Made by a program: the position numbers and the translations under genes. 64,000 nucleotides of DNA. Origin: Hyalangium minutum. Its GTDB lineage: Bacteria; Myxococcota; Myxococcia; Myxococcales; Myxococcaceae. This document shows positions 49,601-56,551 of the stretch, in pieces. A model generated the notes under the pieces. The model worked only from the letters and a program-made list of their open reading frames with translations. It had not been told where the DNA came from and made no database searches. The stretch covers positions 62,001 to 126,000 of the forward strand of contig NZ_JMCB01000003.1 of NCBI RefSeq assembly GCF_000737315.1. The letters run 5' to 3'. Every line of letters starts with the position of its first letter. Positions within the stretch are counted from its first letter, which is position 1.

Positions 49601-49912
49601 GAAGGGGACGACCTCGCAGCGGTCGTCGAGGAGGAAGTCGAACGGGTTCACCGGCCGCACGTCGACGGCCAACTCCACCGTTACCTCGAGGTGCGGGACG
49701 CGCACGCCTTCGGGGAAGGTGACGCGGGCGACGCGGTTGCCATACGGATCCTGCTGCCAGCGTACCTGCGCGGTGGAGGGCTCGACGGTGAGGCCGTAGC
49801 TCTCGATGGCGGCACGGGCGTGAAGCGCCGGGCGCAGGCGGATGAGGTGCGGGCCGAGGGCCGCAGGCTTCGGGTAGCGGTACAGGTTGCGATGCTGAAT
49901 GAGCAGCCGCAC
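46622..49912 (-). CDS. Transglutaminase + DUF2126 (putative COOH-NH2 amidoligase) fusion
   Basis: GTG 49912 with GGAGG RBS. GSCRDSA / LHAW / LDATSG triad, LTIGGEPTF, PDPGVLEVN, GGGNHITVGG, LVELRAFEMPP. Confidence 0.92.
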   Translation of the reverse strand: MRLLIQHRNLYRYPKPAALGPHLIRLRPALHARAAIESYGLTVEPSTAQVRWQQDPYGNRVARVTFPEGVRVPHLEVTVELAVDVRPVNPFDFLLDDRCEVVPFAYPPELKQDLLPFLDVNEPAVRGGERLKAFLDELPRSGPTVPLIIQLNEKVNQRIQYIIREEAGIHTPEETLAAGKGSCRDSAMLLIAVLRSRGLAARFVSGYLVQLTDEGMIPNAPRGVGRDVVDLHAWAEVFLPGAGWIGLDATSGLLTGEGHIPLASTASPALAAPIEGTSDTQAEEVRFSMTVGRLGHEPRPTAPYTDEVWQALCEGGDRADAVLRERGVKLTIGGEPTFNAREHTELPEWNGDALGETKWKLGVKLAEELRRRLSPGAALLLRAGKHYPGESLPRWALDICGRRDREPLWTGEALASGDNAGTAQAREVAQAVASRLGLAQHLLPAFEDPWRFLQDEENLPVDVDPLKANLNDSEERRRLAKVLGQGLGNEVGFVLPLGRDTDGRWVSDPWQFRRRHLFLLPGDSPLGLRLPLRSLSEGDPLSDLWEEPYEPIDPRREPSPEEAKQHKVIAKERASRLPRVRTALAFEARGGTVHVFLPPLARAEDFFDLVSIIDQAREHTGIAIQLEGYPPPSSPLLYRFAVTPDPGVLEVNLPPVSSNREYTELVGQVFDAALHAGLHSEKYLMDGRMAGSGGGNHITVGGPTALSSPLLTRPELLASLITFVQHHPSLSYLFTGLFVGPTSQAPRVDEARHEALYELEIALDKAFNAGTAPPPWLSDMLFRNLLVDVAGNTHRAELSLDKLFDPQTATGRQGLVELRAFEMPPHARMVSAQAILVRALFAAFAQEPYQKKLVRFGTSLHDKYLLPYYLGRDLEDVLAHLAAKGVPLPQEAYTPFLELRCPLAGRMQLGDVTIEVRNALEPWPVLGEELSGGGTSRYVDSSMERIEVRVSGLIPERHLLLVNGHTLPLTPTAKANEWVAGVRFRAWAPPHSLHAHLGIHHPIRLDLLDTWGQRSLGACAYHVWHPEGRAFSTPPLTRFEASARRAQRFTSEAPLPWPVKARPAQPSAENPTTLDLRRLPLDYRPPKPPAEEETPG

Positions 49913-49989
49913 GAGGTCCTCCCAAGTGACCTCGCCACGATACCCAAAGCCTGCTGGGGCCGTACGGAGAAGTCGGCCGTCATTCACCG

Positions 49990-50559
49990 TCAGCGTGCGC
50001 GGGAGCGCGAGGGCGGAGCTGGCGGCGGGCTCGAGTCCGCCGTGCTCGTGCTCTTTCCGGAGGCGGCCGGCGCTGCGGAAGCGGGAGTGGAGAGCTGGTT
50101 GGCGGCGCCTCGGGTCACCACGGCCTGCGCGACGATGTTCAGGTGCTGCTGCGCGGCCACGGTGTTCAAGAGCGCGAGGCTGACCGCGTGCGCGGAGGCG
50201 TGGTACACGTGAGAGAGGGCAAGCTCGGGCGCATTCTCCAGCAGCGCCTGCGCGGTCTTCTCGGCCTGGGCCAGCAGGGCCTCGGGCGAGGGCGCGGCCG
50301 GAGAGGCTGTCTCAGCGGAGGCGGCTGTCGGCGCCGCAGGGGTCGTCGCGGGAGCCGAGGCTGCGGCCTCGGCTGCGGGCGGGCGGAAGGCGTTGGGAAT
50401 TCCGGCGAGGGGTGGCGCGGGCACGCTTCCCTTGGAGGCCAACGCGAGGATGCTCTGCTGCTGCTGCTCGAGTACGTGGGTCAAGGCTGTGAGGGCGTGG
50501 GCGCTGGTGTCCACGATCAGGGTCAAGTCCCGGGCAAAGTCTTGGGCCGTCTTCGTCAT
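49990..50559 (-). CDS. RebB-domain (R-body) protein with N-terminal extension and Pro/Ala linker
   Basis: ATG 50559 with AGGAGG RBS. APELALSHVYHASAHAVSLALLNTVAAQQHLNIVAQAVVTRG aligns with the RebB core of the upstream gene. Confidence 0.8.
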   Translation of the reverse strand: MTKTAQDFARDLTLIVDTSAHALTALTHVLEQQQQSILALASKGSVPAPPLAGIPNAFRPPAAEAAASAPATTPAAPTAASAETASPAAPSPEALLAQAEKTAQALLENAPELALSHVYHASAHAVSLALLNTVAAQQHLNIVAQAVVTRGAANQLSTPASAAPAASGKSTSTADSSPPPAPPSRSRAR

Positions 50560-50572
50560 GGTGTGCCTCCTC

Positions 50573-50839
50573 TCACTCGTAGATTTTAACCGTGCCCACT
50601 GCATCCGAGGCCGTATCGATGCTGTAGAGCGTCGCGACGCCCTGGGTAGTGGCGGCCTGTGCGGTCACGTTCGTTTGCTGCTGGTTCTGGGTGGCGTTGT
50701 GGGCCGCGTTGGAGAGCGCCTGCGAGGTCGCCACGAAGAGATTGCCCATCGCGATGGCAGGGGCATCTCCGAGCACTTTCACGTTCGCCTGCGTCACTGC
50801 ATCGGTGATCTGCTCATTGACAGCGGTGGGGTACGCCAT
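50573..50839 (-). CDS. rebB: R-body structural protein RebB family
   Basis: AVNEQITDAVTQANVKVLGDAPAIAMGNLFVATSQALSNAAHNATQNQQQTNVTAQAATTQGVATLY is a canonical RebB signature. Confidence 0.95.
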   Translation of the reverse strand: MAYPTAVNEQITDAVTQANVKVLGDAPAIAMGNLFVATSQALSNAAHNATQNQQQTNVTAQAATTQGVATLYSIDTASDAVGTVKIYE

Positions 50840-50896
50840 GGCTCTGCCTTTCTGAAGGAGGTGACGGGGGCTGAAGCACCCCGCAGTTTGCCACTG

Positions 50897-51808
50897 TTAC
50901 AGGGAGGAAGTGAGCGACAGCAGCTCTGTGCGCAGCCACTGGTTGCGCGGCTCTGAATCCGATTGCCGGTGCCAATAGAGGTGCAGCTCCAGCGGCGGGA
51001 GCGACAGCGGCATTGGCAGGAGGTGGTTGCCCAGCAGGGCGTGCAGCTCCTCCGCGCGGCGCCGCGGCATGGTGAGGAGGAACTTGGAGCCAGCGACCAT
51101 CTGGAACGCCGCCTCGTAGTGCTGGCATCGCACGGTGACGTCGCGCTGGTAGCCCAGGCGGGAGAGGACCAAATCCTCCACGGCCAGCCCCGTGCGCCGA
51201 GAGGACACGGTGACATGCCGCGAAGCCATGTACGCCGCCACGTCCAGCCTGCGCCGGCGTCGGCTCACCACGCAGAAGGTGTCCCGCAGCAGGGTGGTGT
51301 GCCGCAGGTCGGCGCCCGTCTGCTGCTCCACGTCGATGGACAGGTCCACCCGCCCCGAGGCCAGATCCCGCTCCAGCCGAGGCCTATCCAGCCGGACGCT
51401 CGTCACCCTCGCTCCAGGAGCGCTCTGGCGCAGGCGCGCCACCAGGTGCGGGAGGATGGAGGGCTCGAGCACGTCGTTCATGGCTACGGTGAAGGTGCCC
51501 AGGTCGCGGGGAGGATCGAAGCTCCGCGTGCGGTGGATCGCCCGGTCGAACAGCGCGAGGGCCTCGCGAAGCTCCGGCGCCAGCCGCTCCGCGAACGGCG
51601 TGGGTGCCACGCCTCGGCCCTCCCGGACGAAGAGCGGCTCTCCCAGCTGATCCCGAAGCCGGGCGAGTGCATGGCTCACCGCCGATTGGCTGAGGAAGAG
51701 CACCTCCGCGGCCCGCGTGAGGTTCCGCTCCCGGAGGACCACGTCAAAGACGCGGAAGAGGTTGAGGTCCAGCCTCGCCAGCCGGGAAGAGTCATGAACA
51801 GACTTCAT
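50897..51808 (-). CDS. LysR family transcriptional regulator
   Basis: C-terminal part of ORF 50897..53824. DLNLFRVF, NLTRAAEVLFLSQSAVSHALARLR, LFVR. Divergent from the ACAD operon. Confidence 0.95.
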   Translation of the reverse strand: MKSVHDSSRLARLDLNLFRVFDVVLRERNLTRAAEVLFLSQSAVSHALARLRDQLGEPLFVREGRGVAPTPFAERLAPELREALALFDRAIHRTRSFDPPRDLGTFTVAMNDVLEPSILPHLVARLRQSAPGARVTSVRLDRPRLERDLASGRVDLSIDVEQQTGADLRHTTLLRDTFCVVSRRRRRLDVAAYMASRHVTVSSRRTGLAVEDLVLSRLGYQRDVTVRCQHYEAAFQMVAGSKFLLTMPRRRAEELHALLGNHLLPMPLSLPPLELHLYWHRQSDSEPRNQWLRTELLSLTSSL

Positions 51809-51830
51809 GGGAACACATGACCAACCTTCA
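51793..51830. promoter_or_regulatory. Two LTTR T-N11-A boxes
   Basis: Palindromic CATGAA-CAGAC-TTCATG overlapping the LysR start, plus an adjacent TGACCAACCTTCA. Confidence 0.65.
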
Positions 51831-51886
51831 CTGGATTCATCAAGGCCGAACGCGGAGGATGCAGGCCTTCCAGAAGGAGACTTGCG

Positions 51887-53122
51887 ATGGACTTCGAGCC
51901 GAGCGCCCGAACCAAGGACTACCTGGAGCGCCTCCGGCGCTTCATGCGCGAGCACATCGAGCCGGCCGAGGCCCGCTACCGGGATGAGGTCCACGCCACC
52001 TGCCAGGCGGGTGACTGGAAGACGTGGAAGGTTCCGGCGGTGATGGACGAGCTGAAGGCTCGCGCGAAGGCCGAGGGCCTGTGGAACCTGTTCCTGCCCG
52101 ATGAGAAGCTGGGCGCGGGCCTGAGCACCCTGGAGTACGCGCCGCTGGCCGAGGAGACGGGGCGCAGCTTCATCGCCCCCGAGGTCTTCAACTGCAGCGC
52201 TCCGGACACCGGCAACATGGAGGTGCTCTGGAAGTACGGCTCCGAGGAGCAGAAGGAGCGCTGGCTCAAGCCGTTGCTGGCCGGGGAGATCCGCTCGGTG
52301 TTCTGCATGACGGAGCCGGACGTGGCGTCCTCGGATGCCACGAACATGCAGGCCACGGCCGTCGTGGAGGGCAACGAGATCGTCCTCAATGGCAGCAAGT
52401 GGTGGTCGAGCGGCCTGGGCCACCCGAGGGCGAAGGTCATCATCTTCATGGCGCGCACGCCCAACGAGCAGGGCGGCCGCCACAATCAGCACTCCATGGT
52501 GCTGGTCCCCATGGACACCCCGGGCGTGACGATCCGCCGCATGCTGCCCGTCTACGGCGAGTACGACGCGCCCCATGGACACGGAGAGGTGCACTTCAAG
52601 GACGTGCGCGTGCCCGTTTCCCACTTCATCGCCGGACCGGGGCAGGGTTTCGAGATTGCCCAAGGCCGTCTGGGACCCGGCCGCATCCACCACTGCATGC
52701 GCTGCATCGGCGCGGCGGAGCGGGCGCTGGAGCTGATGATCGATCGGGGCATGGCGCGCACTGCTTTCGGCAAGCCGCTGCTCAACCTGGGTGGCAACCG
52801 CGAGCGCGTCGCTGAGGCCCGGGTCGCCATCGATCAGGCGCGGCTGCTGACGTTCTTCGCGGCGTGGAAGATGGACGAGGTGGGTGCCCTGGGAGCCATG
52901 ACGGAGATCTCCGCCATCAAGGTCGTGGCGCCCAACGTGCTCCAGCAGGTGGTGGACGACGCCATCCAGATCCACGGGGGCGCGGGCGTGTCCCAGGACA
53001 CGGTGCTCGCGGGCTTCTTCGCCCAGGCGCGCATCCTGCGCATCGCGGACGGTCCGGACGAGGTCCACAAGGGCGTCATCGCGCGTCTCGAACTGGCCAA
53101 GCGCGGCCATTCCCGGAGCTGA
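51887..53122 (+). CDS. Acyl-CoA dehydrogenase (ACAD10/11-like clade)
   Basis: [51 protein letters not shown]. Confidence 0.95.
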   Translation: MDFEPSARTKDYLERLRRFMREHIEPAEARYRDEVHATCQAGDWKTWKVPAVMDELKARAKAEGLWNLFLPDEKLGAGLSTLEYAPLAEETGRSFIAPEVFNCSAPDTGNMEVLWKYGSEEQKERWLKPLLAGEIRSVFCMTEPDVASSDATNMQATAVVEGNEIVLNGSKWWSSGLGHPRAKVIIFMARTPNEQGGRHNQHSMVLVPMDTPGVTIRRMLPVYGEYDAPHGHGEVHFKDVRVPVSHFIAGPGQGFEIAQGRLGPGRIHHCMRCIGAAERALELMIDRGMARTAFGKPLLNLGGNRERVAEARVAIDQARLLTFFAAWKMDEVGALGAMTEISAIKVVAPNVLQQVVDDAIQIHGGAGVSQDTVLAGFFAQARILRIADGPDEVHKGVIARLELAKRGHSRS

Positions 53123-53125
53123 GCC

Positions 53126-53941
53126 ATGGCCAACCAACGCATCTTCATCACCGGTGGTGCCAGCGGGCTCGGGAAGGCCATCGCCCAGCGCTTCGCCCGC
53201 GCGGGGTGGAAGGTCTGCATCGCGGACCTCAACGAAGCCCGGGGCGCGGAGGTGCTGTCCTCCTTGGGCCCGGACGCGCACTTCCTGCGCTGCGATGTGA
53301 CGCGCGACGAGGACCTGATCGCAGCAGCGGAGACGCTCCAGCAGCGCTGGGGCGGCGTGGACGTGGTGGTGAACAACGCCGGGGTGGCCCAGGCGGGCGC
53401 CATCGAGGACGTGTCGATCGATGACTGGCGCTGGATCATCGACATCAACCTGCTGGGCGTGGTGCGAGGCTGCAAGGTGTTCACGCCCCTGTTCAAGCGG
53501 CAGGGCCACGGGCACTTCGTCAACGTCTCCTCCATGGCGGGCCTGCTCGATGCGCCGATGATGAGCAGCTACAACGCCACGAAGGCCGCTGTCGTCTCCC
53601 TGTCGGAGACGCTGCACAACGAGCTGGCGGACGCGAACATCGGCGTCAGCGTCGTCTGCCCGGCCTTCTTCAAGACCAACCTGACCGAGTCGCTGCGCAC
53701 TCCGGATCCGCGGCTGAAGGTCACCATGGCGAAGCTGCTGGATCGCTCGCCCATCACCGCGGATGACGTCGCCAATGATGTCTTCCGCGCCGTGGAGCGG
53801 AGGCAGTTCTACGTCCTGTCTCACGCGCAGGGCCGCAGGGCGTGGCTGATGAAGCGCTTCCTCCCGAGAGAGATCTACGCCCGGTTGTTGCGCAAGAGCA
53901 CCGCCCGGATGCGCCCGCGCCCCGACCCCACACAGACTTGA
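53126..53941 (+). CDS. SDR family oxidoreductase
   Basis: ITGGASGLG, NNAGV, YNATK. Confidence 0.95.
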   Translation: MANQRIFITGGASGLGKAIAQRFARAGWKVCIADLNEARGAEVLSSLGPDAHFLRCDVTRDEDLIAAAETLQQRWGGVDVVVNNAGVAQAGAIEDVSIDDWRWIIDINLLGVVRGCKVFTPLFKRQGHGHFVNVSSMAGLLDAPMMSSYNATKAAVVSLSETLHNELADANIGVSVVCPAFFKTNLTESLRTPDPRLKVTMAKLLDRSPITADDVANDVFRAVERRQFYVLSHAQGRRAWLMKRFLPREIYARLLRKSTARMRPRPDPTQT

Positions 53942-53958
53942 GGAGAGATCGCGACGCC

Positions 53959-55035
53959 ATGCCTTCCACCTCGCCCACTGACTCGGCCGGAGCCGTCCGC
54001 CCGGGAGAAGAACTGAACGTCCCCGCCGTGGATGCCTGGCTCAAGACCCAGGTGCCCACGCTGGAGGGCACGCCTGAAGTCACCCAGTACTCGGGAGGTG
54101 CCTCGAACTGGACCTACCGGCTCAAGTACGCCAACCGCGATCTCATCCTTCGCCGGCCCCCGGCGGGGACGAAGGCCAAGTCCGCGCACGACATGGCCCG
54201 CGAGTACTCGGTGCAGAAGGCCCTGAAGCCTGCCTATCCGGCCGTGCCCACCATGATCGGCCTGTGTCAGGACCCGGCGGTGCTGGGCTCGGACTTCTAC
54301 GTGATGGAGCGCATCGAGGGCCTCATCCCTCGCAAGCACCTGCCTCGGGGGCTCACCCTGGACCAGCCGCAGACGCGGCAGCTCTGTCTCAACGTCATCG
54401 ACAAGCTGGTGGAACTGCACTCCGTGGACGCGGCGGCCGTGGGGCTGTCGTCGCTGGGCAAGGGGCCCGGCTATCCGAAGCGGCAGATCGAGGGCTGGTC
54501 GGACCGCTACGAGAAGGCTCACACCTGGAATGTGCTCGGCTTCCAGTATGTGCGCGATTGGCTCAAGGCCAACACCCCCGACGATGTCGCCACCTGCGTC
54601 ATCCACAACGACTGGCGCTTCGACAACGTGGTGCTCGATCCAGGAGAGCCCATCCGAGTCATCGGCGTGCTCGACTGGGAGATGGCCACGCTGGGAGATC
54701 CGCTGATGGATCTGGGCAATGCGCTGGCCTACTGGGTCCACGCCGACGATAACTTCTTTTTGCGAGCCACGCGGCGCCAGCCCACGCACCTGCCTGGCAT
54801 GCTCCGGCGCGAGGAGGTGGTCGAGTACTACCTCGATCGCATGAAGCTGAAGCCGGCCAACTGGACCTTCTATGAGGTCTACGGCCTGTTCCGGCTCGCC
54901 GTCATCGCCCAGCAGATCTACTACCGCTACCACCACAAGCAGACGCGCAACCCCGCGTTCAAGAACTTCTGGGTGCTGGTCAACTACCTCGGGCTGCGCT
55001 GCAACCGGCTCATCCGGAAGAAGGGGGCACGCTGA
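53959..55035 (+). CDS. APH-family phosphotransferase (ACAD10/11 kinase-like)
   Basis: GGASNWTY, FYVMERIEG, HNDWRFDN, VLDWEMATLGDPLMDLG. Confidence 0.92.
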   Translation: MPSTSPTDSAGAVRPGEELNVPAVDAWLKTQVPTLEGTPEVTQYSGGASNWTYRLKYANRDLILRRPPAGTKAKSAHDMAREYSVQKALKPAYPAVPTMIGLCQDPAVLGSDFYVMERIEGLIPRKHLPRGLTLDQPQTRQLCLNVIDKLVELHSVDAAAVGLSSLGKGPGYPKRQIEGWSDRYEKAHTWNVLGFQYVRDWLKANTPDDVATCVIHNDWRFDNVVLDPGEPIRVIGVLDWEMATLGDPLMDLGNALAYWVHADDNFFLRATRRQPTHLPGMLRREEVVEYYLDRMKLKPANWTFYEVYGLFRLAVIAQQIYYRYHHKQTRNPAFKNFWVLVNYLGLRCNRLIRKKGAR

Positions 55036-55727
55036 TGGGCGTCGTATACTTGGTTCGCCATGGACAGGCCTCGTTCGGGGCCGCGGACTACGATCAGCTC
55101 TCGGAGATGGGGGTGGCGCAGGCGAAGGTGCTCGGGGAGGCGCTGCGCGCGCGGCTCCCGTGTGTGGATGCGGTGGTCACCGGAGGAATGGCGCGACACT
55201 GGCAGACGGCGGATGCGTGCCTGAAGGCGCTCGGGGTGGCGGTGCCTCACAAGCGCATGGTGGACTTCAACGAGTACGACCACGAGGAGATCGTCGTCCG
55301 CCACATCCCGCGCTACGCGGACAAGAGCCTGATGATGCAGGACCTGGCTGAGACGCCAGACCCTCGCCGGGCCTTCCAGGAAGTGTTCACGCAGGCCGTC
55401 GCCCGCTGGGTCGAGGGCCGGCACGAGGCCGACTACACCGAGACCTGGGCCGCTTTCCGGGAGCGCAGCCTCCGCGCGTTGACGGAGCTCATCCAGGAGC
55501 TGGGAGCTTCCAAGACCGCGTTGGTGTTCACCTCGGGGGGACCCATCACCGCCATCTGCCAGGACCTGCTGCGGATCCCCGACGAGCACGCCTTCCGCCT
55601 GAACTGGACGCTGGCCAACTGCGGCGTCACCAAGATCGTCTACAGCGAGCGCGGCCGGTACCTCTCCACGCTGAACGAGCACGGCTACTTCGAGGGTGCC
55701 CAGCGCGCGCTGCTAACGTACCGCTGA
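55035..55727 (+). CDS. Histidine phosphatase (phosphoglycerate mutase family)
   Basis: LVRHGQASFG, FNEYD, VFTSGG (second His absent). Coupled to the APH stop. Confidence 0.9.
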   Translation: MGVVYLVRHGQASFGAADYDQLSEMGVAQAKVLGEALRARLPCVDAVVTGGMARHWQTADACLKALGVAVPHKRMVDFNEYDHEEIVVRHIPRYADKSLMMQDLAETPDPRRAFQEVFTQAVARWVEGRHEADYTETWAAFRERSLRALTELIQELGASKTALVFTSGGPITAICQDLLRIPDEHAFRLNWTLANCGVTKIVYSERGRYLSTLNEHGYFEGAQRALLTYR

Positions 55728-55729
55728 GG

Positions 55730-55780
55730 CAGCGCGGCCCCCGTTACTCCGGGGGCGCGCTGAGCCCGGGGACTCCGGGC
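55730..55780. terminator. Tandem hairpins between convergent genes
   Basis: CAGCGCG-GCCCCCG-N6-CGGGGGC-GCGCTG and GCCCGG-N5-CCGGGC. Confidence 0.5.
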
Positions 55781-55849
55781 CCAGCACAAAACCTGGCCGC
55801 CAGGGCGTGAGGGTCCCGAAGAGAAGCCCTTCCTCACGCCCCAGCGGGC

Positions 55850-56551
55850 TCAGGCAGCGGAGGTCGAGGCATCCCCCACACCGTTGGCGCCCAGATCCGC
55901 GAGCATCTGCTCGCCCTCCAACTCGTCGATGGGGACGAAGGCCTCGCGGCCGGGGCGGTAGGCATGCACCTTTGCATTGCCAATGTCGAACCACCAGCCG
56001 TGCAGCCGCAGCGTGCCCGCGGCCATGCGCTCGCGCACCAGGGGGTACGAGCGCAGGTGGGCCAGCTGCTGCAGCACGTTGAGCTGGCTGAGCCTGTCCG
56101 CCGGCTCCAGGCCCTCACCCACGCGGCCGGCCTTCTCCAGGGACTGCAGGGCGCCGCGGCCCAGATCCAGCCAGTCGCAGAGGTTGGGGCACCGCGCGTC
56201 CGACATTCCCGCCAGCAGCGCCTTCATGGCGCCGCAGCTGGAGTGCCCGCACACCACCACGTCCGTCACCGGCAGGTGGAGCAGGGAGTACTCCACCGCG
56301 GCGGCCTCGGAGCGGTCGCCCATGGACTGGCCCGACGCATCCGAGGGCGCCACCATGTTGCCCACGTTGCGCATGACGAAGAGATCGCCCGGATCCGTGG
56401 ACACCAGGAGGTTGGGCACCACGCGGCTGTCAGCGCAGGTGATGAAGAGGCAGTCCGGAGTCTGGCCCTTGGCCAGGCGCGCGAAAGTGGAGCGGTAGGC
56501 GGGGAGGCTGTGACGCTGGAAATCCAGGAGACCGCGAATGAGCTTCTTCAT
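55850..56551 (-). CDS. Beta-class carbonic anhydrase
   Basis: CADSRV, RNVGN, CGHSSCGAM. Confidence 0.95.
   Translation of the reverse strand: MKKLIRGLLDFQRHSLPAYRSTFARLAKGQTPDCLFITCADSRVVPNLLVSTDPGDLFVMRNVGNMVAPSDASGQSMGDRSEAAAVEYSLLHLPVTDVVVCGHSSCGAMKALLAGMSDARCPNLCDWLDLGRGALQSLEKAGRVGEGLEPADRLSQLNVLQQLAHLRSYPLVRERMAAGTLRLHGWWFDIGNAKVHAYRPGREAFVPIDELEGEQMLADLGANGVGDASTSAA

Noticed and set aside
50957-50974. TGGCAC inside lysR as a sigma54 promoter for reb
   Set aside because: The -12 position reads CG rather than GC, so the spacing rule fails.
51809-53824. 975-aa minus ORF 50897..53824 as a giant LysR fusion
   Set aside because: The N-terminal part is antisense to ACAD/SDR. LysR starts at 51808.
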